A DNA stretch of 64,000 nt from Nitrosopumilaceae archaeon (GTDB lineage Archaea; Thermoproteota; Nitrososphaeria; Nitrososphaerales; Nitrosopumilaceae). This document shows, in pieces, positions 1 through 10,927 of the stretch. Where the stretch lies: positions 288,001 to 352,000 of the forward strand of contig CBDATR010000024.1 of assembly GCA_965200155.1 (NCBI GenBank), given 5' to 3'. Position numbers and translations under genes: made by a program. Position 1 is the first letter of the stretch, and the number at the start of each line of letters is the position of its first letter. The notes beneath the pieces are model-generated. The model did no database searches and had not been told where the DNA came from. It was given only the letters and a program-made list of their open reading frames with translations.

Positions 1-2
1 GG

Positions 3-1946
3 TTTCCATGGGGAAGGGACGCGCTGGATCGCGCCAAAAAAGATAACCGGCTCATATTTCTAAGTATAGGATACAGTGCATGTCACTGGTGTCACGTTAT
101 GGCGCACGAATCCTTTGAAAACAAGGATGTGGCAGATATAATGAACGAGTATTTCGTGAACATAAAGGTGGATCGTGAGGAACGTCCAGACATTGATGCG
201 ATATACCAAAGTGCCTGCCAGCATGCTACAGGCCAAGGCGGGTGGCCACTTAGTGTGTTTTTAACGCCCGAACAAAAGCCGGTCTATATTGGAACGTATT
301 TTCCGGTATTGGATGGATATGGCAGACCGGGATTTGGTAGCCTAATTCGTCAGTTGGCGCAGGCATGGAAAGAGAGACCATCAGACATGGTAAAAGCGGC
401 AGAAAAATTCACAACAAACCTGAATGTGATAGCGCCCACGCATTCCAGTATAGTGGACAGGTCACTGCTGGATGAGGCAGTCGTTACTCTATTACAGCTA
501 GGAGACACCACGTACGGCGGCTTTGGCTCCGCCCCAAAATTTCCCAATGTGGCATGTATATCGTTTTTGTTTCGCTATGCGCAGTTGTCAGGTATATCAA
601 AGTTCACAGATTTCGCCCTACGCAGTTTAAGAAAGATGGCCAAGGGAGGAATATTCGATCAGCTGGCCGGTGGTTTTCATCGCTATTCCACAGACAGGCA
701 GTGGTTGGTACCACATTTTGAGAAGATGCTATACGACAATGCGCTAATACCTATGAATTATGCGGAAGCCTATCAGATCACACAAGATGAATTTTTTCTA
801 AAAATCATGAAAAAGACCCTGAACTTCGTATTGCGGGATATGACATCGCCGGAGGGCGTATTCTATTCGGCATTAGATGCAGACTCGGAAGGTGAGGAAG
901 GCAGATTCTATGTATGGTCCAAAGCAGAAATTCTGGACATATTAGGTGATGATGCAGACGTATTCTGCCCATATTACGATGTGACTGCCGGTGGAAATTG
1001 GGAAGGTAACAACATACTATGCAATAATTTGAACCTCTCTACGGTAGCATCATTGCATTCTATGCAGAAGGAGGACGTACAACAGATACTAGACAGATGC
1101 GAGGGCAAACTTCTAGCAATTCGAGAGACACGTCAAAAACCGGGACTAGATGACAAGGTACTTGCATCATGGAACGGCATGATGATAACCGCCCTAGCCC
1201 GGGGTTATCGAGTCTCTAGCGATGACAGATACATGGATGCTGCACGCAAGGCGCTCCAAGTCATAATGGATAACATGTTAGACCGGAATGGCATATACCG
1301 AATATATGGTAGTACGGGAATACGAGGATTTCTGGAGGATTATGCTTGGGTGTGTGGAGCCTTGCTGGATGTATTTGAGGAGTGTCCCGACAAGACGTAC
1401 CTGGATGCTGCACATAATTTGGGAGAACATATGTGTGAGCGCTTTTGGGACGACACAAACGAACAGTTCTTTATGACTCCCAATGATCATGAGAGTCTCA
1501 TAATGCGCCCAATCAGCGAGTACGACATGTCTGTTCCATCTGGAAGCTCGGTAGCCATAATGTGTATGACTCGTCTGTACCACCTAACAGGAGAGAACAA
1601 GTTTTTGGATGTGGCCACCCGTACACTTAAGTCCAAGATTCGCAAGGCAGCAGACAACCCGTTTGCCTTTGGCCACCTGCTTAATGCGGCACACATGCAT
1701 GTACGGGGAGTTACAGAAGTTACGGTTCTCGGTGCCGACGACAACATTAGAAGAATGCTTTCTAGTAAATTTCTGCCAGAAGACATGGTCATTAATGTTC
1801 AAAACGAGACACAAATCCAGAATCTGGAAGAATATCAATTTTTTAGCGGAAAACGTTTCGAGAGGGAAACCAGTGCATATGTATGCAAGAATGGGACATG
1901 CTCCCCACCACTCTTTACCATTCCAGACATAGAGGCGCGCCTCTAA
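3..1946 (+). CDS. Thioredoxin-domain protein, YyaL/SPATA20 (SSP411) family, truncated by the window's left edge
   Basis: The frame is open upstream of the ORF-track start (…LSIGYSACHWCHVMAHESFE); motifs KVDREERPD, GGWPL and PHFEKMLYDNA. Confidence 0.9.
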   Translation, partial: FPWGRDALDRAKKDNRLIFLSIGYSACHWCHVMAHESFENKDVADIMNEYFVNIKVDREERPDIDAIYQSACQHATGQGGWPLSVFLTPEQKPVYIGTYFPVLDGYGRPGFGSLIRQLAQAWKERPSDMVKAAEKFTTNLNVIAPTHSSIVDRSLLDEAVVTLLQLGDTTYGGFGSAPKFPNVACISFLFRYAQLSGISKFTDFALRSLRKMAKGGIFDQLAGGFHRYSTDRQWLVPHFEKMLYDNALIPMNYAEAYQITQDEFFLKIMKKTLNFVLRDMTSPEGVFYSALDADSEGEEGRFYVWSKAEILDILGDDADVFCPYYDVTAGGNWEGNNILCNNLNLSTVASLHSMQKEDVQQILDRCEGKLLAIRETRQKPGLDDKVLASWNGMMITALARGYRVSSDDRYMDAARKALQVIMDNMLDRNGIYRIYGSTGIRGFLEDYAWVCGALLDVFEECPDKTYLDAAHNLGEHMCERFWDDTNEQFFMTPNDHESLIMRPISEYDMSVPSGSSVAIMCMTRLYHLTGENKFLDVATRTLKSKIRKAADNPFAFGHLLNAAHMHVRGVTEVTVLGADDNIRRMLSSKFLPEDMVINVQNETQIQNLEEYQFFSGKRFERETSAYVCKNGTCSPPLFTIPDIEARL

Positions 1947-2263
1947 ATCTTTTCTAGATTTAAAAGTAATATGTCACCGACGCGCGGGTTACCCATATTC
2001 ACATATCTAGACTTGGGCATGGCCATGGTTATCTGCGTTGAACGGTAACTATTGACTTTTATCGTGGGCTGAGTTTGTAATACGGCCTCCAACAGGGGCA
2101 TGACTTGCTTTCGCGTATTGGGATCAAGCTTCTTGTGTGCATTTTCCATTATCAATTGTTTTTGGGATATAGGCTCCGTAGAGACATTCTCTATCAGCGT
2201 AAGCTGTATTGTTTGACCATTATCCACAATTTGTTTTACCTTGAATTCATTTGTCTCAGACAT
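1943..2263 (-). CDS. Hypothetical protein
   Basis: 106-aa ATG ORF converging on the yyaL-like gene. Confidence 0.7.
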   Translation of the reverse strand: MSETNEFKVKQIVDNGQTIQLTLIENVSTEPISQKQLIMENAHKKLDPNTRKQVMPLLEAVLQTQPTIKVNSYRSTQITMAMPKSRYVNMGNPRVGDILLLNLEKI

Positions 2264-2585
2264 ACAGTCATTGAAATAGACACGGATTTATCTGTAGCTA
2301 AATGGCATGGCATGAGACCAAGGTAACAGATGATTATGAGTTCGGGATAGCATCCCACAAGGCGTCAATCACCTGTGCGAGTACACCAATGCCCCACGGG
2401 GATTATATGATTGGCACAATTTGTGCCAATAATTATGCCTAAATTTAGGGGCAAGTATCACCGCGATTAGCACAAATCATTCAAAATTGATATGAACTTA
2501 GATTGGATATACTTTCGCGCGACTTTAGAAAAAATCCAGCGAGGAAGAGTACTAATTTAATTACACGCACACATGTCAGCAAGGC

Positions 2586-3029
2586 ATGTGGAAGATGGAT
2601 CAGGATGAGACATACTTTCGGGTGTTTGATCCTCAGGGGTATATTGCAGGATACTTTGATCCACACTACGGCCAGGATGTAACCGAGGAACAAATAGAGA
2701 TTGCCCTGAAACAAAAATCCAGGATACCGGGTGGTTTTCTGGTGGTCCCAATGCTAAAATTTAATCTATTTGACAGGGATCTTGACATAGGCATAGATGT
2801 GTTGGAGGAGCGTATTGAAACCGTTGGTAAGTCACTGGCCCGTTGGTCCAACTACATGAAGGGAAAGCAGTATCCATTTCACTCAATTCGCATATCCCAC
2901 ACGGATCAAGATATGCTCACAATGACATTTCCCGTGAGATTCCGCAAGCCCATGCGACTGGACCGCAAGGAACTGGTTTCAGAGATATATCCCATCATGG
3001 AATCGCTTCAACGGCAGGGCCTGATCTAA
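2586..3029 (+). CDS. Hypothetical protein
   Basis: 147-aa ORF with protein-like composition. Confidence 0.7.
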   Translation: MWKMDQDETYFRVFDPQGYIAGYFDPHYGQDVTEEQIEIALKQKSRIPGGFLVVPMLKFNLFDRDLDIGIDVLEERIETVGKSLARWSNYMKGKQYPFHSIRISHTDQDMLTMTFPVRFRKPMRLDRKELVSEIYPIMESLQRQGLI

Positions 3030-3750
3030 TCCGTTGCTGTTTTGTAGTCCACGATCTGGTAGTAATAACGTATCCCACAGATGAGACCAGTAATACTATG
3101 GAGGATTCCAGTGGAAACTCAGGCACGGCAGCATACTCATCAGATTCTGCCATCAAGGCATAATCGGAGATTACCGCAATTTGATCTTTCAGGTAATGAG
3201 TTACAAATGCCCCCTTATGCCCAGATCTAAGAAAATCCGGTTCCATCTGGACTCTGGAGATGTTTCCGTTCTGATCATAGATGGTGGCGACTATTGCTAA
3301 CATATTGGCTGCGATATCGCCCTTGTTGTATACTTCACCGGTGATGAATATATCCCCCTGGGCGCTTTTCTGTATCTGTGCAGACGTGACGTCTATAACC
3401 TGACTTTTTGGAATACCAACTTCATACTCTGCCTCTACAACATATTTAGCCACATCTTGTATTGCAGGATCAACCATTATCACATCAAACGGGCCCCTTA
3501 TACCAGGCATCAAGCTGTTGATCAGCGATGCACCGTCACCAGCGAGTACAACTTGTCCTTGATCATCATACATAGTTGCAAGAAGACGTATCTGTCCCAT
3601 GGCACGTCCAGGTCATTCTTCACCTCACCCACAATGTGCAGGGAACCATTCATTTCCCACATACATTCTATCGTTCTGCACGTATACCTCACCCCAAGCT
3701 ACGGGTGTAAAAATTATCATTGCAATCCCGAACGTCACTTGGGGTATCAC
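2995..3750 (-). pseudogene. Secreted/surface FxLYD-like protein with a PEF-type C-terminal anchor; frameshifted N-terminus
   Basis: C-terminal VPEFP plus TM segment. The signal peptide (GTG at 3750) and the GSLHIVGEVKND segment lie in shifted frames near 3650 and 3601. Confidence 0.6.
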
Positions 3751-4026
3751 GTAGACAGTAATGTAAGCGGCCTAAAGAATATTTGTCCACTACCAATGGA
3801 AACCATTCAGGTTTACCCCAGAAACAGTACCCACACCAGATGCTCATGTTAATGACATGAAATGGATGACTAGTTCGCGATAATCCTAGGCGCGCCACCG
3901 GGAACCAGCAATATCCCAGAATGATTGCCAGCAACTGTAGCTGCGCCTCACTGGAGTTTATTCAGATAGTCAGGAAATCTACAAAAGTTACGGATTTTGT
4001 GTGTGATCGTTGAATTTTGATCTATA

Positions 4027-4112
4027 GCAGTCACCATAAGTCTCTGAGTAACAAATCCTACATTTGTCACACATAATCCTCAACTTGTATGTCACAGACT
4101 AATGGCGCTAGC
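4027..4112. mobile_element. MITE family 3 (~85 bp, TIR about GCAGTCACCATAAGTC)
   Basis: Similar to the reverse complement of 44057-44140 and 53727-53809; imperfect terminal inverted repeats. Confidence 0.6.
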
Positions 4113-4222
4113 CATATCAGAAATGTCCATTGATCCTACTCCATGCGAACCGGCGATACTTTGCCTGTTTTTTACACTACAACCAAAAAGACTGATATGT
4201 TGGTTAGGAGCATAATGTAATC

Positions 4223-4612
4223 ATGGGTGCACCCCCATCTAGAGAGGAGTTGAAAGACCGACTTACGCCACAACAGTTTGACATATGTGTAAATGGTGCT
4301 ACCGAACCCCCATTTACAGGCAAGTACTATAACACCAAGGAGAAGGGCAAGTATCTATGCGTGTGTTGCAAAACCACACTATTTAGTTCGGATGCAAAAT
4401 TTGATTCCGGTACTGGCTGGCCTAGTTTTTGGATACCCAATGAAGGGAATGCCATAAGCCAACGTACTGATGACTCTTTCGGCATGCGCAGAACCGAGGT
4501 TATGTGCAAGAAGTGTGGATCACATCTAGGTCATGTCTTTGATGACGGACCACGTCCCACCGGTCTTCGTTATTGTACAAACTCAGCATCACTAGAGTTT
4601 GTCGGGGATTAA
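4223..4612 (+). CDS. msrB: Peptide-methionine (R)-S-oxide reductase
   Basis: [21 protein letters not shown] and RYCTNS motifs; two CxxC. Confidence 0.97.
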   Translation: MGAPPSREELKDRLTPQQFDICVNGATEPPFTGKYYNTKEKGKYLCVCCKTTLFSSDAKFDSGTGWPSFWIPNEGNAISQRTDDSFGMRRTEVMCKKCGSHLGHVFDDGPRPTGLRYCTNSASLEFVGD

Positions 4613-5628
4613 AACCACTGATCCAGAGTTTGGCTCTGTTTTGTCACTGCCTTCTTCATTTGGTTAAGAGTCTGCGTAACTCGTATCTTGTCAAAGTCTC
4701 GTTCAACCAGATAGTCTATCAGTCCATCATAGTCGGTCTCCTCAAATTGTATAGTGGGCGACTTTTCTACCTCTGGCTCTAGGAATATCTTTCGTATATC
4801 TTGGTATGGAATGGTATCCAAGTCTTCCTGTATCTTTGGTATGTCCTCCAGTCGGGAATGTTTTTTAATCAGTTTTAGTGCAGTCTTGGGTCCTATACGA
4901 CTAAATCCACCGGGATTAAAATCAGTACCAATAAGAATTCCCATATCCACCAGCTGATGGTGCGTGACCTCCAAGGTTTTCAGCACCTCATCCAGATGTA
5001 TAATCTCCGGTTCCACCGCGATGTAAAAATTACGATTTTGTACTTTCCGACGCCCGCTAATGGTAAAATTACGTATAAGCCGGTGCGCCCCGAAGAGTAC
5101 AGAGTCATAGTCCTGGCTGGCAGAAGCCCAAGCATGTCCCGTAATTGTAAGATAAGATGCGGTTGCCTCACCCTCAGAAGGTGCCTGGATATAAGGCACG
5201 CCAAAAAGGTCTAGAACATCCTTGCACTGATCTATCATCTCATCTTTAAGACTTGTAGTTTGTTGTGCATATACACGAGCCTTATCTGCGTCACCATCGG
5301 CCATTGCCTGTTCGTATTTGATGGCGGCATCAGCCTTGGCCATCCTTCGTTTCTCCACCTCCACAGATTTTAGTGATGGCGGCTTTCCATCAAAAACCCA
5401 GACAGGCTTTATTCCCAGACTTAGAAATTTTGAGCACCTATACAGTATTCCGTTGAGATGGCTGGTTACCACACCACTGGAATCGGTAAGAGGCATTCCA
5501 TCAGAGCCGCGAATTGTAGTCAAAAATTGGTATATGGTATTGTATGCGTCTATGGTGATTACCTTAGAGTTCAATGAATCCAGTCTAATTTTGTCCCTCA
5601 CCACCAAATCTTTTAGATTCAGGCCCAT
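4609..5628 (-). CDS. fen: Flap endonuclease 1
   Basis: [28 protein letters not shown]; C-terminal PIP box QTLDQWF; start taken at MGLNL. Confidence 0.97.
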   Translation of the reverse strand: MGLNLKDLVVRDKIRLDSLNSKVITIDAYNTIYQFLTTIRGSDGMPLTDSSGVVTSHLNGILYRCSKFLSLGIKPVWVFDGKPPSLKSVEVEKRRMAKADAAIKYEQAMADGDADKARVYAQQTTSLKDEMIDQCKDVLDLFGVPYIQAPSEGEATASYLTITGHAWASASQDYDSVLFGAHRLIRNFTISGRRKVQNRNFYIAVEPEIIHLDEVLKTLEVTHHQLVDMGILIGTDFNPGGFSRIGPKTALKLIKKHSRLEDIPKIQEDLDTIPYQDIRKIFLEPEVEKSPTIQFEETDYDGLIDYLVERDFDKIRVTQTLNQMKKAVTKQSQTLDQWF

Positions 5629-5695
5629 TACCCAAATGTACACTGGTAGACATATTTTGCGTTTTGCATATTAAGGGCGGGAGTCACCAAATTAC

Positions 5696-5781
5696 GCCAG
5701 GGTAGCCAAGTGGTTACGGCGGCGGTCTCGAAAACCGCTACGCGCAAGCGTGCAGGGGTTCAAATCCCTTTCCTGGCGCCA
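5696..5781 (+). tRNA. tRNA-Ser(CGA)
   Basis: GCCAGGG acceptor stem; anticodon arm gcggt-ctCGAaa-accgc; long variable arm; GGTTCAAATCC; encoded CCA. Confidence 0.95.
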
Positions 5782-5875
5782 CAATAATACATCAAATAGA
5801 TGCCACTATATAGTTCTGGACAATTTTTTCAAGTCTCTTATATACCTAAGATGATATAATATTAGTGAAAAGAAA

Positions 5876-5956
5876 ATGCCATATGAAGAAGTATGCTATC
5901 AAAGGATGGCCAAAGAGAATCCCGAGGAGTACGAGTTTCTGCACTCCAAGAAGTAG
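5876..5956 (+). CDS. Candidate 26-aa microprotein MPYEEVCYQRMAKENPEEYEFLHSKK
   Basis: TTATATA box at ~5838-5844, ATG ~32 bp downstream, T-rich tract just after the TAG. Confidence 0.55.
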   Translation: MPYEEVCYQRMAKENPEEYEFLHSKK

Positions 5957-5992
5957 TTTCTTTTCTGCTAATTCAAATGACGACGGCTGGGC

Positions 5993-6313
5993 CTAGTCTT
6001 TCCCGCTACGGGGATCGCCAGGACCCAGCATATCCTCGGGCCTGACCTCATTATCCCAGCGACCGCGATATCCTCGAATCAGCGCATAGACCCCGGATCC
6101 TAGCAATGCCAATACCAATGCAAAGAACGCAGTAGAATACTGGGTGGGGCACTCAATATTCCGGGGCGAGTTGTTATCAGTGTATTCCTCGCAGTTACCA
6201 AATTCTGTCTCTTGTAGGTTTATCTCCCTATATTGTGAGCCAAATATTCCCAACACCAAAAAGCCTGCAAATACCAATGCGACTCCGATCATCAGGAACC
6301 GAACATCACTCAT
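5993..6313 (-). CDS. Small two-TM membrane protein
   Basis: Two hydrophobic segments flanking a loop with a Cys pair. Confidence 0.75.
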   Translation of the reverse strand: MSDVRFLMIGVALVFAGFLVLGIFGSQYREINLQETEFGNCEEYTDNNSPRNIECPTQYSTAFFALVLALLGSGVYALIRGYRGRWDNEVRPEDMLGPGDPRSGKD

Positions 6314-6612
6314 AATATGTATACGTCGTATACCAATATGAGTTTTAAGTTATTCTTTTGAAAAATATATCTCGTATGTATGTCAATACAATTTTTTTAT
6401 GGAATGACAAGATGCCAAGATTTACACAGGCCCGGTAATGCACTTTTCATTACGTACATAATTACACATTTCTAGTACAATATTTGCGTAATCAGACTTT
6501 TTGATTTTCCTGTGCAGACAGGACAAAGATTTAGTATGAATTCTCTTACATTTGTACACGGCAAATACGTAAATCCAGACATTTTTATCATAAAAAATAG
6601 ATCAGTGAAAAA

Positions 6613-6864
6613 TTAATAATGCCACCCTTCATCCAGATTATTCCACAGGTATCTAAGAGATGCTATATCAGTACCTATTTCCCCATTTATTCGGTTATTC
6701 AGCACAAAGTAAAAATTCTCTAGTGCGTCAAGACCACCCTCACTGTATATCTCTGCACCAATCTCAGCTATGCGGGTATGTTTGGATTCTATCTCCTTGG
6801 AGTTAGAATTTTGTAAGCAGAAAGTCATTAGATCTATCAGCTCCTCCTCAAGCATCATATCCAT
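6613..6864 (-). CDS. Hypothetical protein
   Basis: 83-aa ATG ORF. Confidence 0.7.
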   Translation of the reverse strand: MDMMLEEELIDLMTFCLQNSNSKEIESKHTRIAEIGAEIYSEGGLDALENFYFVLNNRINGEIGTDIASLRYLWNNLDEGWHY

Positions 6865-7132
6865 GATTGTTACTAGAAATTCATGTAATACAAGAGTTTG
6901 GGTTGTATGAGTTCACGTGTTTTGATCATATGATAAGATTGTAATTGACTTGGTACGACAATAGACCGTATGCGCAGAATCACTTCTCCCACCCTGCACG
7001 TCTAAACCAAGTTGTTAGATACGAACAATTGACCTAGTATCATGGGTTTTCCCACAGACTCGTGTGAAACAGAAAAGTTAAGACCTAATTTTGTAATACC
7101 AGGTATGCTAAAAGCAGAAGAACTCACCAGGG

Positions 7133-7224
7133 GTATGAGTTCACGTCTTCCGGAATCTTGTGCACAAATCACATTAACTGTCGCGATCAGTTGTGCGTAA
7201 ATTTAGACACAGGTGAACTCATAC
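7133..7224. mobile_element. MITE1 (92 bp, TIR GTATGAGTTCAC)
   Basis: 8-bp TSD CACCAGGG; empty site present in IS copy 2. Confidence 0.97.
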
Positions 7225-7350
7225 CACCAGGGAGCAGTTAGTCACAGAGTACTACCGGCTACGCACCAGGTCCGAGGCCGAAGTAACAAACCTGCGTGGA
7301 AAAAATGACCGTTTGTGTGGAAAAGTTGACAGTCTGCACGCCAAACTTGA

Positions 7351-7442
7351 GTATGAGTTCACCTGTGTCTAAATTTACGCATAACTGATCGCGACAGTTA
7401 ATGTGATTTGTGTATAAGATTCCGGAAGACGTGAACTCATAC
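7351..7442. mobile_element. MITE1
   Basis: 8-bp TSD AAACTTGA; empty site present in IS copy 2. Confidence 0.97.
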
Positions 7443-9265
7443 AAACTTGAAGCTCAAACAAAGAATTCCCTTGTTTCAAATCTTGATGACATCATAGAAC
7501 GCAAGGATCAGCTTCATTCCCTGACCGGATGCACTCCGGAAGAGTTCAAATGGATACTAACCAGATTCACAGAATACGTAGAGTCCCTGGAAGGCGATGA
7601 TGCACGGCGATTCTTAGAACTTACAAATGATCGCGGCCATGTGAACAAATTTCCGGTCAGGCATGTACTCTTAGTTACACTGATACGCCTGCGCTGCAAC
7701 ACAAAGCAGGAGCTTCTTGCTGCAATACTCAAGATAAACCAGTCAAACATATGCCGTTACATCCAGTTTACAAAGCAGGGACTGATCAAGATACTCCCAA
7801 CGGCCGATACCGTTGCAAAAGCAATATCGCAAATCAAGTCAGCATCGGACTTTAAGGAAATTGTTCCAGGCCGAGCCGGAGGGGAGATAAAGACTGACGG
7901 GACACATGTACGTGTACAACGTCCTGAAAAAAATCAGGAGGCAATGTACTCTGGTAAACAAAAAACCCACACGTATAACGTACAGATAACATCAAACAAG
8001 AAAAGACTGATAATTCACGTAAGTGGAGTATATGAGGGAAAAAGACACGATTATGGTATATTCAAGAATGATATTCCCCTCGGTGGCAAATGGGGCAAGT
8101 CCCTAAAAGAATCAACCACGCTGCCATCTGAGAAGATAACAGTAATAGCAGATGCAGGATACCAGGGTATGAAAGACTTCCTACCCGGCGCAAAGGTCAT
8201 GATTCCATACAGGGGTAGGGAATCACTCACTAAAACTGAAAGGAAATACAACCAATATGTATCAAAAAGGCGCATATTAATCGAGAATGTAATTCGAATG
8301 CTAAAGGTATATCGTAGATTAAGTCAGGTATATGATGGCAGTCGTGAGGAATTCCGGGAAGATCTACTCGTAGTATCCGGGTTGCATAATTTACACATTA
8401 TGCACAAGCATACCAGGTACAAGAAATTCTTGAAAAATATCTGTCCATAATTTCCGTGTTATTATAATTCGAATATTACTCATCAGAAAATCCACTAAAT
8501 TAATGGGTTTTGTGGTAACCATTTAGCTCACTCATGATATACGTCATCAAGATCCGGTCACCCCACTACACGACATTTGTAATCACGGCATACGTTAGTG
8601 CTGGCAGGTGCCATTCACATTGTTCATGCTTGACTGATTGTGTGCCATAAAATACACCCCAGTTTGAAGCAACATGGGCTATTCCTGTCAATCATGCGCA
8701 TAAGGTCTAATATTGCGCTTAAATACCAAGTTTGAAATAGAATCTAATGAGTAGGCGTACAACACATAATAAATAGGAGTAGGAAAACCGGCTGCTTCGG
8801 GACACCCTTGCGTCCACCAAGAGGAATCTTGCAGATGCGATGAAACGCGTGAAGGTATTGTAAGATGATATGTCAAATATTATAGAAGAACTGAGAAAAA
8901 TCATACAGGATTTTGGATATATTCGTCAATATGTGGCTAAATTAGAAGAAAAACACAGCAAAGCTGCGGTAGCCGCGGCCCGGCTCAAATATTATGAGAA
9001 TGTCAACTCCCCGCCATCACTCCAGTACAGGGCAGACAAGAGGAAGAGCGGAAAGCTAAGGAAGGGGAGCAGACAAGTACTGGATCCATAAGAAAGGCTG
9101 GCAGTCAGGCGAGACACAAGGGCGTCTCCCGTAAACGTAACCCCGATAGAATTACGCATCACATGAGGGCGATAACCTGGTATGCGACTGCAGTAAAATA
9201 ATGACAGTAATTGGTATAAAATCGCGATACGTGACGCATTTAATACCGGCCAGGACAGGATATTC

Positions 9266-9357
9266 GTATGAGTTCACGTCTTCCGGAATCTTATGCACAA
9301 ATCACATTAACTGTCGCGATCAGTTATGTGTAAATTTAGACACAGGTGAACTCACAC
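9266..9357. mobile_element. MITE1 at the IS66/tnpB junction
   Basis: 92-bp consensus match; flanks do not match, so no TSD (probable deletion or recombination junction). Confidence 0.93.
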
Positions 9358-9901
9358 CGACAGAAAGCGAATAATATCGCGAACGACTCCATGAATAGAG
9401 TAGTCCACGCGATCACCAAAGGTGTGGACAAGGTAGTCCTAGAGGATTTATCACCGAAAGCAATGACCAGTCATGGCGGGAACCGGAAAAGAACAATGGA
9501 CCGTTCCATGCGCGAGAACCGGGTAGGCGAGTTCCGCCGGAAAGTAGTACAAAAGTGCGAGGCACTGGGGATTGAATTGGCAGCAGTGCCAGCGAGATAC
9601 ACAAGGGGGCGGTTTACCCGCCCAACGAGCCAGACCTGCCACGTGTGTGGACACGTTGACGACAAATCACGATCAACTAGGGACACTTTCAATATGTAAC
9701 CAGGAATTTCACGCCGATATCAACGCGGCGTTTAGTAACCGGTTTCCCTGTATGGGGCGGCAGAGCGTGTCGTCCGGGGTGGGAACCGTTCCCCGCCCAA
9801 CCGGAGGCGTCAGGGCGGGAATAATGGTGACAATCCAAAGCCATGTACTGTCTAGGAACGAGGTTCCATGAAAATCATAGTCAAAGACTTATGGTGACTG
9901 C
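9358..9901 (+). pseudogene. tnpB: TnpB (IS200/IS605/IS607-type) C-terminal relic plus 3' flank
   Basis: VVLEDL (RuvC-II), TSQTCHVCG and HADINAA (RuvC-III) across a frameshift; paralogous to 44175-44487. Confidence 0.85.
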
Positions 9902-9964
9902 GATAAATGCACGTTACGGCTAAACTCATAAGGTCTATTATACGGTCTTGTGTGCGCGACTATT

Positions 9965-10927
9965 GTGGAAAAAGTCCGGTTCGTTATACCCAAAGGAAGT
10001 CTGGAAGCGGCAACACTAAAGCTGATTGGGGAAGCCTGGACCCGTGTGGTTCGCAAGAATCGCAGCTATAACATATACCTGGACGACCAGGATATACGCG
10101 TGAAACTTATGCGGCCACAGGAGATACCAACACTGGTGGCCGAGGGCCTATATGATGTGGGCATAACCGGCCTGGACTGGATACTGGAGACATCCTCGAA
10201 TGCGGAAATAGTTACAGACCTGGAATACGGCAAGATACGCCTTGTGACTGCCTTCTCTGACTCTCTGTCACATGCATCATTAAATGACATGATAGCCCAA
10301 TATGCCAAGGAGAACCGTGTTCTCCGAATATCCTCTGAGTACATGACACACGCCTCAAAGTTCGTCACCGAGTGTAGTTCGTATAAGGATAGGTTCGGCG
10401 ATGCCGAGCCACTTATCGTGACACCCTGGCTGCGCCGGGGCACTAATGACATGGTTCAGATACACCTGTCCTTTGGTGCCACCGAGGCCAAGCCGCCGGA
10501 CGATGTGGATGCCATAATAGATGTAACCGAGACCGGTACCACGCTAATACAAAACAAGCTGCAGATAGCCGATACGGTACTGGAGTCCTCTGCCCGGCTA
10601 ATTGCCAACCGCGATGCCCTGCAGGATCCGGAGAAGCGCGACAAAATACAGGATATAGCTTCTTTGCTACAGGGAGCCGTGCAGGCCCGCAAATACTTTC
10701 ACATATACTTTAACGTCCACGAGGAAAACCTGGATCGCGTAATTGAGTGCCTATCCTCGCTGAAGCGACCCACCATAAGTCCGCTGAGTGATCCACACTG
10801 GTTTGCGGTAAACACAATAATACGAAAGGATGAATATCACGTTCTGGTCCCGCAGCTCTCCCGTCTAGGGCAGGGACTGGTGGTACACGAACCACGCCAA
10901 ATACTGGCCATGGATGCCGCGCCATGA
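9965..10927 (+). CDS. hisG: ATP phosphoribosyltransferase (long form)
   Basis: PKGSL, RPQEIP, DVGITG, GATE, ETGTTL; start uncertain (9950 or 9965). Confidence 0.95.
   Translation: MEKVRFVIPKGSLEAATLKLIGEAWTRVVRKNRSYNIYLDDQDIRVKLMRPQEIPTLVAEGLYDVGITGLDWILETSSNAEIVTDLEYGKIRLVTAFSDSLSHASLNDMIAQYAKENRVLRISSEYMTHASKFVTECSSYKDRFGDAEPLIVTPWLRRGTNDMVQIHLSFGATEAKPPDDVDAIIDVTETGTTLIQNKLQIADTVLESSARLIANRDALQDPEKRDKIQDIASLLQGAVQARKYFHIYFNVHEENLDRVIECLSSLKRPTISPLSDPHWFAVNTIIRKDEYHVLVPQLSRLGQGLVVHEPRQILAMDAAP

Larger units (their letters stand above)
6963..8708 (+). mobile_element. IS5-family-like element copy 1 (1546 bp without inserts); transposase 5' end disrupted by two MITEs
   Basis: TIRs AGACCGTATGCGCA / TGCGCATAAGGTCT; 3-bp TSD AAT; near-identical to 27409-29054. 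Confidence 0.92.
6905..9265 (+). mobile_element. IS66-family left-end and transposase relic, interrupted by an IS5-like element at 6963-8708
   Basis: Starts GTATGAGTTCACGTGTTTTGATCAT. 6905-6962 joined to 8712 onward is collinear with 44488-44856. Relic peptides LKYYENVNSPPS and AGSQARHKGVSR resemble IS66 transposase N-termini. Confidence 0.7.

Noticed and set aside
7410-8450. Functional 346-aa transposase in IS copy 1
   Set aside because: Its start codon lies inside a MITE, and the native N-terminus is cut off by two insertions.
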